Source: Octopus vulgaris (Eukaryota). Taken from it: a stretch of 64,000 bases of DNA. Position 1 is the stretch's first letter. Each line of letters starts with the position of its first letter. Location: assembly GCA_951406725.2 (NCBI GenBank), contig OX597823.1, positions 2,170,001 through 2,234,000 on the forward strand, written 5' to 3'. Positions 27,983 through 43,588 of this stretch are shown here, one piece after another. The notes below the pieces were generated by a model. The model made no database searches and was not told where the DNA came from. It saw only the letters and a program-made list of their open reading frames with translations. Made by a program: the position numbers and the translations under genes.

Positions 27983-30631
27983 TAGTTAGTTAGTTAATTT
28001 GGCTCAAAAGCAAATAGCAAGGCCATGTAGGGGGACATGGAGTTAAGTACAGGGTGGTGTTCATGTAAAGAGTTCAGGCCACTTGAGGTCAAGGGAGGCT
28101 TTGAACAAAGCGGTCGTCGGCATCTTCACCATCTCGTCTGGCAGCTTGTTCCACGGATCCGCAACCCGGACGGAGAAAGCTCCTCTCCTTCGATTGAGAT
28201 GAAATCGTCGCAGGTAGAGCTTTTCGGAATGACCCCGCAGCTGACGCTTTGGAGCAGGAGTGAAGAACAGCTCTTTCGAGAGGTTACACTTTCCGCTTAT
28301 GATGCTGTGGGCGAGAATGAGATCACCACGGCGGCGGCGTTTTTCTAGAGAATAAAGGTCGAGCGTCCTCAGCCTTTCTTCATAGGACAAATTTTTGAGA
28401 CCATGAACCATGCGGATAGCCAGCTTCTGGACTCTTTCGAGATGCTGTATGTCTTTGAGGAGATAAGGAGAAGAGGCTTGAATCCCGTATTCCAATATGG
28501 GTCTCACCAGCGTGACATAGAGTGGTAGGAATATGGCTGCTGTGAGCATTCCGAATGACCGTCGAATCAAGAACAGAATTCCGCGTGCTTTGTTGGCAGC
28601 ATGGACGCACTGGGCCGAAGGCGAAAAGGAGGAATCTACCAAGATACCCAGGTCCTTTACCTGATCGGTCCTCTCCAGCAGCAGACGACCCGGCTCGAAA
28701 TCAAGTTGAGTTGCAGGAGGAGAGCCAACAGGCAGATGACAGCACTTTGACACGTTCAGACACAGGTCCCATTCGTTAGACCACCTCCAAATTTGGTGGA
28801 GGCATCGACGAAGATCCTCTATATCACCGCGAGGAGCGACCAGTTTGACATCGTCGGCAAATAGAAGGGTGTGCTGCATGAGGTCGTCGGGCAAGTCATT
28901 TATGAAGACTAAGAACAATAAGGGCCCAAGCACTGAACCTTGAGGCACGCCACTGCTCGCACTGGAGACGTCGGACCGCGAACCATTAACTTGGACTTGG
29001 AAGGAAGCAATCTGAGAGGAAGGCACCAACCCATCGTACAATATCCGGATGGAAACTATATGCTTGAAGCTTGACAAGTAATAGGCGGTGGTTTACCGAG
29101 TCAAAAGCTTTGGCAAAGTCCAATAAAACGATGTCAACAGCATCACTATCATCGAGGATGCGCGTCACCAATTCTTCCATTACCAGTAAGTTGGTCAAGC
29201 ATGATCTATTCGGCACGAAGCTGTGTTGGGAATCAGAGATGGAGGCTGTGTTTTTGAGGTGGAGCATCATACTTTTCTTAAGGATGGTTTCGAACATCTT
29301 GCTGATTATTGATGTAAGGGAAACCGGTCGGTAGTTAAGCGGGTCTTCGCGGCTCCCTTTCTTGAAAATTGGGCAGATTATCGCTGTTCTCCAGTCCGCA
29401 GGTATAACACCTGTCGCCAATGACATATTGAATAGACGTGTTAAGGGCTCGCAGATGACCGGAGCCAACGCTTTGATAACCCGTGGGTGTAAGCCGTCAG
29501 GGCCGTGACCCTTGTTGACATCGAGGCCTTGAATAACACGTTTGACTTCGTCCTGCGTGATGACCAATCGAAGCATTGGAGGTACCGATCTATCAAATGG
29601 AGGGGGTTCACGACCGTCATCTTGTTTGAAAATAGTTGAAAAAGCCTCGGCAAATAATTGACTTTGTTGATAAGGGTCCTCAATCGATACGCCTGTTGAG
29701 TCTACCAACGTTGCAATCTGGTTGTTCAAGCGGGAATTCCGTTGGACATGGGCAAAGAAGATTTTTGGATTGCTACTGGCATTTGCCACGATTTTGTATT
29801 CATAACTGAAGCGTTCTTCCTTTTCAATTTTCACGGCTCGGTCTCGTTGAGTTTTATATACCTCAAAAGCTGCAGTCGAATCCAGATTTTTGAATTCAGC
29901 CCAAGCAATATCTCTGAGTCGAAGTTCTCGTTTAACCTTCTTCGTCACCCAGGGCTTGTGTTTCTTCTTCTTGGGAAGCCCAACGGGAACTGCCTGGTCA
30001 GTCAACCAGATTACACATGATTTGAGGGATGACCATAGTTCGTCAACTGAGGACAACGTCATCAGGGATCGCCAGTCCAGAAGCGCGGAAGCCTCGTTTA
30101 GAATTTCAAGATTAATTGCAGAGAAGACTCTACGTGGCAGCGAAGTAGTCGTGGGCGTAGAAAAAGTTGTGTGCATGACGAACTTCAGGACCGCATGATC
30201 ACTCTTGGCAAGAGGGGCGCACACAGATACGTCTGACACTGATCTTGGATAGCGAGAGAATACCAGATCCAGCATAGATGGCTGCTGCCCAGACCGATGC
30301 CTTGTCGGATATTCAACACGTTGCGATAGAAAACAATCTTCAGCCACGTCAAGAAGGGCCTGGCCGAACCGGGAAGATGATGTACAAATTGATGCGGGCC
30401 AATCGATCGTGGGTGCGTTGAAGTCTCCTAGTATCAAACAGTCATGCGAAGCTGAAACGAATCTTAGCGCTTCGAGTAAATGAGCATCGTCCTGGGGGTC
30501 GGCGAGAGGTGGCCTGTAGACAGCTAACACAGGCAGGCAAAACTCGGATAGGCTCAGCTTGCAATAGACGGTATCGAATTTTGTTGCAGGTTGAGCATTA
30601 GTGGGTAGAATACCGCTGGACGGTTTGTGAT
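27983..30631 (-). mobile_element. Young 5'-truncated CR1-type LINE (partial APE endonuclease plus RT), one frameshift
   Basis: VYRPP, LILGDFN, LDLVFS, SDH, GPDG, NYRPVSLTS, LDFAKAFDSV, GVPQGSVLGPLLF, LFADD. ORFs 30677-28986 and 29077-28061 are joined by a single +1 insertion near 29005. (TAAC)n tail; candidate TSD ATTTATGT at 27975-27982 and 30659-30666. Confidence 0.95.
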
Positions 30632-30971
30632 CAGATTTAACATACAGATTTAACATACATTTATGTATGTCTATCATCTTTAGTTTGTGATCTCTCTCTC
30701 TCTCTCTACATATTCTCTAATCTTCGTTCTCTTTCATCTATCCGCCCCTCCCCACTCGTAATTTTAAAGGTCAGAGGGTTCATTAGTCTAGGTAGTTAGT
30801 AGTTAACACCTGGAAGAGAAATTGCCCTTTCAATCCGTTTTTAAAATTATGGGGTCTAACCCCACCTCTCTCCCGTTCTCTTGCTTTTTGTCTTTATATG
30901 TGGTTACTTCCGGTATATAAATTACAGATCCCTTACACTCACAAAAAATCTGTATGTCATAACTTACCATG

Positions 30972-31093
<122 letters not shown>

Positions 31094-32490
31094 AGTGTTA
31101 TGTCACCGATTTTTCATGCCCTCCCATAAAAGTATCAAACCTCAGCGCTTGCTTTAAAACAATAAATAAAACCATTAGCGCCTCTAAATAAATAATAAAA
31201 CCATCAGAGACCCACCCTGAAGCTATACGCACGTCCCCCAGTAGCTTTGAGATTGACATGGACGCCACCACATCACCGCAGCATCTCAGCCTTTATATCA
31301 AAATTGCTTCCCGTCGTTTAGCCTCGGGTCAACTTTGATTATCACACCTATTTTTATTTATATTTTTTTCAGACAGTGTCTATTTAAGAATACATTATTC
31401 AATGTGCTGGTTTTAAAAGACTGTAGGTCGTAATATGAGGGAGATTGGTTACTGTTTCGAGCATTTTAAGAAATAACACGGTGACTCCCTCACCGCATCG
31501 TTGTGTCATTGATGGGGTTACAAGCTACTATGCATTACATCTGAATAAAAAAAACTTCAGGTTGTGACTCCTGTTCAATGAAATAAATACAAGCTCTTGT
31601 CCTTCATCAATTTTAAAAAATGCATTTCTAGTTCCAATCAAAGGTTAATATCCTCACTTATATAACAAAACCAACATTTTTTACCACAACGTGAAGGTTT
31701 GATGGTATCTTTCTCCCTCTTGTAGATCAGGTATTTAGTAACTATCACCTGTTCCTGGATATTGAAGGCATATCCTTCTAAGTGGGATGTAATGTATCTA
31801 TCGCCGGTTCAGGAGAGGCTGCTTTTCCTGTCTATGCTGTTGTTGCCCTCTCATGTGCGGGATTTTTGCCGGTATGGTGGCCTGCTTCTTCCCTAAGCTT
31901 CTGTTTAGGTAGATGAGACAGTTTCCATTCTCAGGGCACAGTAGTTCTTTACCAACTCTGAAGATGTTGTTGCTCTCTCTCTCTCTCTTTTACACACCTT
32001 TTTTTACGGAGGCAGAGAAAAAAAAAAACGAATCCACACGACTTGTGTATTCGTGTATGAGTAATTTTGGTGCGTGTTTATTAGCGTAAAGGGATAATCT
32101 CCTGACTGACCATGGGACTGCACCAAGAAGGTTCCCCTCCAAGGCACATGTCCGTGCCATATTGTTAATGGAAGACCAGCGGTCGCCCGTGCATAGCAGC
32201 CTCCCCTCTCCACACCAAGGGAAAGGAAAAAGGGGCCGATACAACCTGGCATCAGCGACGTTGCAACTCATTTCTACACAGCAACGTGAAATAAAGTGTC
32301 TTGCTTAAGAACACAACCCAAAGCCCGTTCCAAGAATCGAACTCACTACCTCATGACTGTCAGCCCGATACGCTAATTACTGAGCCATTGATGTCTGCGA
32401 GGAAAGAGAAATCAAAGTAGAAGCACAACACCGCCATACTCGAGTATCTCCATCACCGATCACAAACATTGTTTTATCGCCTGAAACGAT

Positions 32491-32726
<236 letters not shown>

Positions 32727-32851
32727 ACAGTCAAAATTAATTGCACGACAGACGCCTTCAGTCTTTCTTTTTTTCTTTTTCTTTTCTTTTATTTTATATT
32801 TTGGACATTAATGATTTCCTGAATTTTGGTCAAATTCGGCGAATTTAATTT

Positions 32852-32968
32852 AGATCAAAGGACTCTTGATCAGAGATGTCGTCTGCCTCCATTTTCTTAT
32901 AATTTCTTTCTTCTTTCCTTCCTTCTTCATCCCTCACCTTTCTATTATTATTATTATTATTATCATCC

Positions 32969-33002
<34 letters not shown>

Positions 33003-33020
33003 TATTCATCATCATCATCA

Positions 33021-33089
<69 letters not shown>

Positions 33090-33230
33090 TTTAAATAGTT
33101 GTGGAGTGAACACAAACACACCTAAAACAGAGAATCTCTCTCTCTCTCTTTCCTTTGATCCACCGCCAACTTAAAAGAGAAGCCCAGATACCGCCAACCC
33201 CGGCATGAACTACGATCACGTGATACACAG
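32852..33230. promoter_or_regulatory. Candidate TCF/LEF-responsive element upstream of Brachyury
   Basis: AGATCAAAGG at 32852-32861; CCTTTGATC at 33152-33160 followed by ACCGCCA helper-like motifs at 33162 and 33190; CACGTG E-box near 33217. Motif evidence only. Confidence 0.3.
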
Positions 33231-34217
33231 CCTGTTGTTTTACAACAGCCATTTAAACTAGCAAAATTCCCAAATGAAATGGGTGCAGTTGACATTTGAC
33301 AAAATACCCTCCATTTATAAACTAGGATGGGTTCCTAGCCATCGTTACTTATTTATGTTTTGTTTTCCTTTATTTCAATCGTTGGACTGCGCCAATGCTG
33401 GAGCTTTATTTTGAAGGGTTTGGTCGAATATACCGACCTCAGTACCTTTCTTTTTTCTTCAAAGCACGGTACTTATTTAATTGCTCCCTTTCAAGCGATC
33501 TGGTGGGCAAATGGAAGCACACACACACACACACACACACACACTGTTTCCGTCTCCCAAATCCAGTCTTATGGCAGTGGCCAGCCAAATCTGCTGCGCA
33601 GCGAGGCTGAACCGAAAACCACGTGGTTGCAAAGCGTGCTTCTTAACCAAGCAACTATATTTATTTATTTATTTATTTATTTATTTACTTGTTTATTTAT
33701 TTATTTACTTGTTTATTTATTAAGTTTTCTTTTCTCTTTGCTGTTTCAAATTCGCTTCCATTGACGAACGAAAGAACGTAGAATTCAGTGAATAACTTTT
33801 CTCGGGCCTAGTATATCCTTCACTACATTTTACGAATCCTTTTTTAAAACGGAAAAGTGTGTGGTTTGAAGAAGATATTCGTGTGTTCTTAACATATCGA
33901 ACTCGCTGTTACAAATAGTTTATTACAGCGAGAGCAGAAGCAGCAGCAGCCGCGGCAGCAGCGTTATTCAAAGTTTGATGCGTATTTTCAGAAATTATTT
34001 TAGCAATTCCAAGGTTATCCATCCACCAACCCCGACTCCCTCCCCATCTCCCGCAGTCGGAGAAGGGTCTATTTTTTATCCTTTATTTGTTTCAGCCATT
34101 AGACTACGGCCATGCTAGGGCACTGCCTTGAAGAATGAATCTATCCCATTTCTTATTTGGGATTTGGTTGGTTTGGTTGCCAGCATTTCAAAAATTAAAT
34201 TTGACACAATTAATATA

Positions 34218-34728
34218 CCGTAAATCCTCGAGTATAGTCCGCCCTTAAGTATAATACGCAGGGGTTTTTAGGGGGCTGTACTTTTGAAAAACCGAAACCT
34301 TGTGTATAATACGCACCCCTTCTCTAACTTGGTTTATATAACGTCCTTGGTTTGTAAAACCGTATACGATAACGTCCTTTATTATTATTGTACATATAAC
34401 ATAATGCAAACGTGTAGTTTTTTAATGCATTTTGTTTGCAGAAAATAAAGAAATAGCAATGGTAAGAGTAATAACATTTAATAAATGTTGCTTATTGTAA
34501 GTTATGGATGATTCTTTTATGACTTCATTGCTTTTAGGCTCAGCTTAAGGTATTTTCGCGCCCGACATCACAAAATGCATCTGAATAAACATTGCCGGAC
34601 AGCAAATAAAGACTCGGACATTGCTTAGAAAATATTTTTCATGTTTAACCTCGTATATAGCACGCACTAGGGATTTTGACATTTAAATTTTGGGAAAAAA
34701 AATGCGGATTATACTCGAGGATTTACGG
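34218..34728. mobile_element. MITE of pogo/Tigger (Tc1-mariner) type, 511 bp
   Basis: TIRs ccgtaaatcctcgagtata(g/a)tccgc and gcggattatactcgaggatttacgg; TA on both sides; no ORF. Confidence 0.9.
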
Positions 34729-35499
34729 TACTTTTCGTGGCTGAATTGCTGAAGGTATTTCATTTTTTCCAGAAATGTTTTAAAAAAGTTATAGAAGTTT
34801 ATGGTTTGATACTTTTCACCCAGTCAGGAAACAGGATTTGGAAGCTGTCATTTGGTGCGTGACTGCACATTTTGTCGTCAACATCCCGATAAAAGCACGT
34901 GTTGTCAATATTTGTAAACAACACGTGTTTTGTAGTTTGAAGCATTCAATACGTATTTAATGCGATAGCACAAACTTAAAAGATTTAGTAAAAAAAAAAC
35001 ACGTTATTTAGCTGTTATTTTTAGCACACATCACAACCACCTCAATGACAAAAAGAAACGAGTAAACAAGTAGTTTTAAGCATTCAATATACATTTAATG
35101 AAAATGCGATGAGCAACACATTACATATTGAATAAAAAAAAAACATTTTGTTGACCAGTTCATAAATTCACGTGATCAATTTTCATTAGATGGGTAAAAC
35201 AAGTGGCTTAAATATATTTGTCAACACGTTCTTTCTCGCAGACAAAAGGGTTCTCATGTTCCGCTTGTTACTATGGAAACAAGCATGAATGCGTCTGCGA
35301 CTTACGATTAGCTAAAATGTCCAAAATTTTGAAACTTTAATTGCTAATAACTCTTTATTTATTGATTTTTTAGCGAAAATGATTTTCACGTCATTCATTA
35401 CCCAATAAAAGTGTATCAATACACAGAGCATGGAATCAATTCGAACACAAATCGACGCTGGCAGCCAAACCGAATGAATCCCTTGTTTGTTTTCCTCTT

Positions 35500-35647
35500 A
35501 AACCCGGTACTTATTCTATTGCTTTCTTTTTGGTGAACCGCTAATGTTACAGGGACGTAAACAAGCCAATAGCGGCTGTCAAGCGATGGTGAGGGACAAA
35601 CACAGGCATAAATACACACACACACACACGCAAAGACTAACAGTCAC

Positions 35648-35696
<49 letters not shown>

Positions 35697-35733
35697 AAGA
35701 CTAACAGTCACACATACATACACACACGCACAG

Positions 35734-35788
<55 letters not shown>

Positions 35789-35930
35789 GAACGGCATCTA
35801 CGAAATCCCATCACAAGGCTTTGGTCAGCCCGAGGCTATAGTAGAAGACACTTTCCCAAGGTGCCCCGCGGTAGGACTGAACCAAGAACCATGTGGTTGG
35901 GAAGCAAGCTTCTTACGACACAGTCACGGT
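35500..35930 (-). mobile_element. SINE family A copy
   Basis: acaaggctttggtc...agaagacactttcccaaggtgcc...aaccatgtggttgggaagcaagctt. Confidence 0.85.
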
Positions 35931-36109
35931 TTGAATTGATAGGAATAGATGTCAAATCAACAAACAGTAAATCCAATAAATTATACTTACCCTTCTAACC
36001 CACCCGCTTCATGTTTCGTCCTACCCGCTTCCCCCTCTATGGATGGGCACCTTGTTCTATCTTATCGGTGTTGGTTCCAACCACCTCTGAATACTTTAAT
36101 CACGTCCTA

Positions 36110-36325
36110 CTATACTGGTTTCAAATTTTAGCACAAGGCCAGCAATTTCGGGGTGGGGGTTGGGGTAATTCGATTACATCGAGCCCAGTGTTCAACTGGT
36201 ACTTATTTTATTGACCCCAAAAGGATAAGTCAACATCGGCGGAATTTGAACACAGAATGTTAAGACGGACAAAATGCCGCTAAGCATTTTACTCGGCTTG
36301 CTAACCATTCGGCCAACACGCTGCC
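36110..36325 (-). mobile_element. tRNA-SINE family C (MetaSINE-like central domain)
   Basis: aactggtacttattttattgacccc...ggcggaatttgaac...gctaagcatt. Related to 47170-47330 and 49020-49205. Confidence 0.7.
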
Positions 36326-37104
36326 TACTATAATAAACGATGAAAGATCGCGTGACCTAAAATCAAGGCGGGATGGTCAAGATTAGAACGCTTTAGATAA
36401 TAGATCAACTCAATCACAGATTCATTCTTGGGCTAAATAACAGAAATAAGAAAAACCACATAATATCATCATGTATAGACGAACTCAGCGGAATCCAGAT
36501 AGGTTTAACGACGCATACACACTCACTCACACACACACACACACACATACACGCATACATACATACACTTTCACACGCATATATCTACACACACCTCTAC
36601 ACGCACGCCCTCACACATACGCATACACACCTCTACATATTTGCGTATTTATATCTCCGCATTCACATTTCAACGACATTCGTACAAGTAATCACACGCA
36701 CACACACACACACACACAAACTTATACACATAATTGCTCATACAAACACACACACACACTGTATAGAGAATCATCTAAACAAACGTCCATCCCTATCTAC
36801 ATATACACATCTACACACAAGCGCACACATTTTCATATACACTTTCACATCCCTTCCGTACACACACGCATCACACACACCCATCCACCCATCCACTTAT
36901 ACTCCTCAATATGCGCGCGCACACACACACACACACACACAATCGCAACCACCTTCGATAATATGCAATGTACTATTTACTGGACGTGCCCAGGCTGCAA
37001 TGCAGACCGGAAGTCGGTACATTCCAGCACATTCCAGTTCTGTATCTTTTGAGATATATCTCCCCAGATGTTAAAACACCTTAAATAATAACCGTTATGT
37101 GGAC

Positions 37105-37132
37105 TGATGCGTATGTGTGTATGTATGCATGC

Positions 37133-37165
<33 letters not shown>

Positions 37166-37860
37166 TGTATGTATGTATGTATGTATGCATGTATGTATGT
37201 ATGTATGCATGTATGTATGCATGTATGTATGTATGTATGTATGTATGTATGTATGTATGTATGTATGTATGTATGTATGTATGTATGCATGTATGTATGT
37301 ATGTATGTATGTATGTATGTATGTATGTATGTATGTATGTATGTATGTATGTATGTATGTATGTATGTATGCATGTATGTATGTATATGTATGCATGTAT
37401 GTATGTATGTATGTATGTATGTATGTATGCATGTATCTATGTATGCATGAATGTATGTATTTATGTATGTGTGTGCATGTTTGTATGCATGTATGTGTGT
37501 ATGTATGTACGTATGTATGCATGTATGTATGCATGCATGTATGTATGTATGTATTTATGTATGTGTGTGTATGTTTGTATGCATGTATGTGTGTATGTAT
37601 GTACGTATGTATGCATGTATGTATGCATGCATGTATGCATGTATGTATTTATGTATGTATGTGTATGTTTGTATGCATGTATGTATGTGTGTATATATGT
37701 ATGCATGCATGTATGTATGCAAGTATGTATGTATGTATGTGTGCATGCATGCGTGTGTGTTTATGTATGAATATCTATTAGTGGATGTATACATGTATAA
37801 AACCAAGTATGTATATATGTACGTGTGTATGTACATGTATGTATGTATGCCTGTATGTAT
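37105..37860. repeat. (ATGT/ATGC)n satellite
   Basis: Direct inspection. Confidence 0.95.
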
Positions 37861-37949
37861 ATAGTTCGGAAGATATTCATGTCTCTATGCATGTGTGTGT
37901 TCTTCTATATGTAGGTATGTTTATGTATGTAGAAATGTATATTTTTCCT

Positions 37950-38305
37950 TTACTTGTTTCAGTCACTGAACTGCGGCCATGCTGGATCTCCGCCGTGAAG
38001 AGTTCAGTCGAACAAATCAACGCCAATACTTACTCTTTTGAGCCTGATACTTATCCTCTCGGTCTCTTTTTGCCGATCCGCTATGTCGCAGTTATCAAGC
38101 ATCGGTGGGGAACAATTACAAACACACAGACACACACAAAGATATATACACATACATATATACGACGGGCTTCTTTCAGTTTCTGTCTACGAAATGCACT
38201 CACAAGGTTTTGGTCTGCCCGGGAGTGTAGTAGAAAACATCCTACGTACCACACAGTGGGATTGAACTGGGAACCATGTGGTTGGGAAGCAAACTTCTTA
38301 ACACG
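37950..38305 (-). mobile_element. SINE family A copy
   Basis: gtttcagtcactgaactgcggccatgctgg...tacgacgggcttctttcagttt...gaaccatgtggttgggaagc. Confidence 0.8.
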
Positions 38306-39530
38306 CCAGCATCTATGCTGGTGTGTATATATGTATATATGTATGTCAGGTCACTCTCGAGCGCCATGGGTAACATATACCCCAGTACAACCTGTGTCAT
38401 GGTCGGGTCATCGGCGACTAAACGAGCAATCCCACTAAGAGAGGGAGGCAATTTACTGGGCACCCTGAAAGACGAAATGCAAAACCTTTCAAAGGGCAGA
38501 GGGATTCATGAGAATCAACGGCCATCCAATATTGTATGTATATATGTATTCCGGGTAGCTATATACCCGGAAATCGCAAATGACATGGCTAAAATTAACA
38601 AGGAATATCAAACTTCCACGCATAAATTTAACAACCAAAGTAAAATTTGTGATAGAATTTCTTTAGTGATTAACTGGCACCGACATTTTGCTGGCATTTT
38701 AAAAGTGTTACATGAAGCCGCTTATTGTAGTCTTTAGACGGAAGAAAAATACAAGATAAATATTAACCCCTACTTCTGACTCCAAGAAAACTAACATTGG
38801 AGTTTCTGAAAGCTGAAAAAACAGCTGCAAGAGCGGAAATCCCTGTTCATTGTGTAACAACATGTGTCATGTCAATTCCATCAGGAATCAAAACAGCATG
38901 TTATGATTTATACGGAATGTGGGACACGTAGAGGTTCCTATTTGGGATTGTAGGGATTGTAGAGATTCCCAATTGCAGAATGCACCAAACACAACTTGAT
39001 TTTTGAGTTGGTTGTACAACCGAACAATTAAACAAAAGAATCAATGGGCTCCGGTAGGATTTCCGGCACAAAAGCAGGAGTTCGACAGAACTTACCGAAC
39101 GTTTCACACAACGGACTGCAATTTCGAGGAACAACGGAAAGTGACACATTCTCAGAAAATATTCTGAATCTACTACACTTTCAGTCCTCAAAATGCACGA
39201 GGACAGCATCACGCCCTGAAGGAAGGAATAAAATGACAGGTGAATTTCATCACATTTACACAAAGCTATTCGACTAAATATTCTTTTTTTCTTTTTTATT
39301 GCCATCTTTTCTTTTCTTTTTTTCTTTCTTTTTTCTTTTGCCAGTTGTAAAATCGAAGACTGATGACATTCTGTCAAAGTGGAAACGCAGCAATTTCGTC
39401 GTTTGCATTTTTGAATTTCTGTTTCATTTTACATTTTGAACTTGAAAAAGACAGACGAGCGATCCAAGTATTATTCAAACCAATAAAACAATCTGTTACA
39501 ATCGCATCGCGCTCTTCTTATTGCCTAATA

Positions 39531-39633
<103 letters not shown>

Positions 39634-41160
39634 TCACACACTCATACATATATAAATTTATACGACGGGCTTCTTTCAGTTTCCATCTACCGAATCCAAG
39701 GTTTTGGTCGACCCTTGGCTATAGTTGAAGACACTTGCCCATGATGCCCCGCAGTATGGGGTTGAAGCCGAAACCACGTATCTGGGAAGCAAACTTCTTA
39801 CAACATAGCCACGCCTGCGCTTATAGTGAATGGTCATGGTTTTTTTTTTGTTTTTTGATAATTGGCCAAACTGCACTTGATGATCAGTGAACCGAGATCA
39901 CGTGTTAAAACCGGAAAACATGCATTTTACAGGAAATACTTCAAAAACGTGTTCTCTGAATCGGTAAATCATTGAAACAAACGGTTTTAATGCTTGGTTG
40001 TTTACTCACATTATTTTTCGGATTAAGGATTAACTAATCTGGTATTAACTTTGATAACACTTTCCTCCTTTTTCTTTCCTTCATTTACATCGTTCTTTAC
40101 ATTCTTCTTTTCGTTTTTCTTTCCTTATATTTTTCATTCTATTAAAACTCCCTATCTTAATCCCTAGACTATTATTTTGATAGATGTATGTATATATATG
40201 TGTATATAAGTAGGTCTAGATACATACATACTTACATACAAACACACACACACACAAACAGCTAAATCGTCAATGTAACCATGATATTCCGGTGATCTGG
40301 TGAGTTAGGTTTCCTCTTATTCGCATCCATTTCTCAATATATAATTGTATTGTATAAGGCTTAGCAGACATATTGTTGTAAACACGTACGTACAATTTTG
40401 GATACCAAAATTAATAATACCACATGGTGATGGTTACGAAACGGCTGTAATCATATGGAAATCAAATGAAAAGTAATCCTTATTCACTTCCTTCACCTAC
40501 CGACTGTATGGTAAGAAACTTGCTTCCCAAACATATGTTTCCGAGGTCAGTTCCACCGTGTAGCACCTTCGGCAAGTATCTTTTACTGTGACCAAAGACT
40601 ATCTAGCCGTGACCAAACCGTCTTTTTAAAGATATGTACGATTGCAGCACTAACGTGTCGTGTCTGACGGCAGAAGGCGACAGGCTGTGATTTGAGAAAG
40701 ACTTGCTTGTCATTTTTAGCAAGTCAAGCGACCCTATAAAGGTTCTTGCCCTGATTTGTTAGCACTGATGCAGAGAAGCAGAAGTGGCAGAGGAACAGAC
40801 TCAGCTCCCTAAAAGAATATCTGATTATTTACAACAATACGTTAGCATCCATTTAAATGCCGTTCACTCAGACTTGACCCTTTATCTCCCACCGAGACAG
40901 ATAAAATAGGGACCAGTAATAATACTTACACTTCAACAAATTTACTATAACCCCCTTTTTTGTTTATTTCATTCTAATGGTGTTGTTGTTGTTTGCTTCA
41001 TCTCAGATACAATTCTGGGTGAATTATGGTTCTTATGACTAAAAGCAAGAACCCATTATTTAGTATGAGTGGACCCTAAATTCAGATCTTATAATTTAAA
41101 AGGATAAAACAGAAGAACGAAATAAAGAATTGAAAGAAGGAGAAAGAGAGAACGAGACAC

Positions 41161-41256
<96 letters not shown>

Positions 41257-41374
41257 GGAGTTATTACGACATACAGGTGTTATTTTTATAAGGTGCAACA
41301 ACAAATAAATCCTCAGCTCTATGCTCTGCCCTCATTTTACAAGCTGATAAATCGCAAAACCCTTTGCGCTTGGA

Positions 41375-41976
<602 letters not shown>

Positions 41977-42086
41977 TTGTCACATTCGCAGCAATAAGAA
42001 GAAAATTGCGTTAATTGCAACATGAGAAATAGCAACAGGGATGAGGAGCAAGTGATATAATGGGAAAGACAAGGACGCGAACTCTC

Positions 42087-42392
42087 ACTCCGTCGGTTAC
42101 GACGACGAATGTTTCAGATGATCCAATCAACGGAACAGCCTGCACGTGAAATTAACGTGCAAGTGGCTGAGTACTCCATAGACATACAAACACTTAGGGA
42201 AAATCAGCGTGACACAGAATGTAACAAAGCTGGCATTTTCTAATGAGGATACAACACATTTTCGTCAGCCCAGTGGACTGGGGCGACGTGAAATAAAATG
42301 TCTTGCTCAGGAACACAATGCGTCGCCGGGAATCGAACTCACGACCTCACAATTTTGAAGCGGATGTCGTAATCACTATACCACGCGCCTTC
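42087..42392 (-). mobile_element. SINE family B copy
   Basis: cactccgtcggttacgacgacga...tcaacggaacagcctgc...ccgggaatcgaac matches the reverse complement of 51197-51555. Confidence 0.8.
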
Positions 42393-43588
42393 ACGGAACA
42401 GAAACAGCAACAATAATAACAACATGATAAAATTCATTAAAAGAGTCGTCGTAGTAAAAACAACGACAATAAAAACAAGTTACAAAAATAAGAGCAATAT
42501 AAAGAAATAAAAACAGGCGCAGGCGTGGCTAAGTGGTCCCCGTGACTTAGTGGTTCGGTAGAAGAAACTGATAGAATATATCTACCAGGCTTTTAAAAAA
42601 TAAGTAATGGGGTCGGATCATTCAGTCTAATCACTAAAACAAGAAAAAAGAGAAAAGAGAAACGGAAAACTATCCATGCGGTTAATAAACAAAGACTCCC
42701 TGTAAGCGTTATTTAAAATGTACAAACAATAAACGAGCGAGATAACTCTAGCAATATCGACCGTGCAAACTATTTAGAGATTGTAAACAATGTTGTCTAC
42801 GAGTGGATGCTGCATATATATGGAAAAAAAAAGTAAATTAAGAGACATGTTTCAGCCTTGTTGATTCTCCACAGTGAAGCCTAATCCACTTTGGCAAACC
42901 TGATCAAGGTGTTTAGTGGTGGTCTGCCTTTGGACAGGTCCTGTACATGTGAATCTTCCCCAGCACTCTGTATACAACCTTGGAGGGCCTGTACCCTCCC
43001 CTGCCGCTGTTAAGTAGATGAATTGAACTACGACTACCATAAATAGACTTCGGATGAATAGTGGAGTAGTTTCCCGTTCCTTCTCCACATAGGTAGGATT
43101 TGAACTCTAAATGTAGAGACCCAGAAGATATAACATAAAGCCAACGATTCTTCCACTCCTCCACCCGCAGGCACCCTAACTACTAGGAGCGTAATCAAGT
43201 AGTTAGGGTGTTGCACTCATGCACACACGATCGCTAGGTCTTAGGTTCCATTCCCGGAATGGAGAGCGCGTTGTGTTCTTCAGCAAAACACTTCATTTCA
43301 CGTTGCTCTGCGGATGGGAAAGTGGCAGAGATCCATATGAGAGATAAACAGTGATTCGTGGATGGCAGAGACAGCTCACTGTATATGAAATACTCTGTTG
43401 AGCTGAGGAGGACTAACAAGACCGGAATATGTCCATACCCTTCACCAGCTGGGCGTTAAGGTAATATCCATCGCTAAACGTATTGTCTTTCTTTTCTAAA
43501 ATTTTGGATAACTCTAATGATTAGAGCTATAATTCTCGTAGTTTATTTTTAGATTTTTAAAAACCGCCTGAGAGAGATTTTATCTATT

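Noticed and set aside
42850-43040. Possible RTE LINE 3' remnant (PKGRPP, minus strand)
   Set aside because: Too short and degenerate to support.
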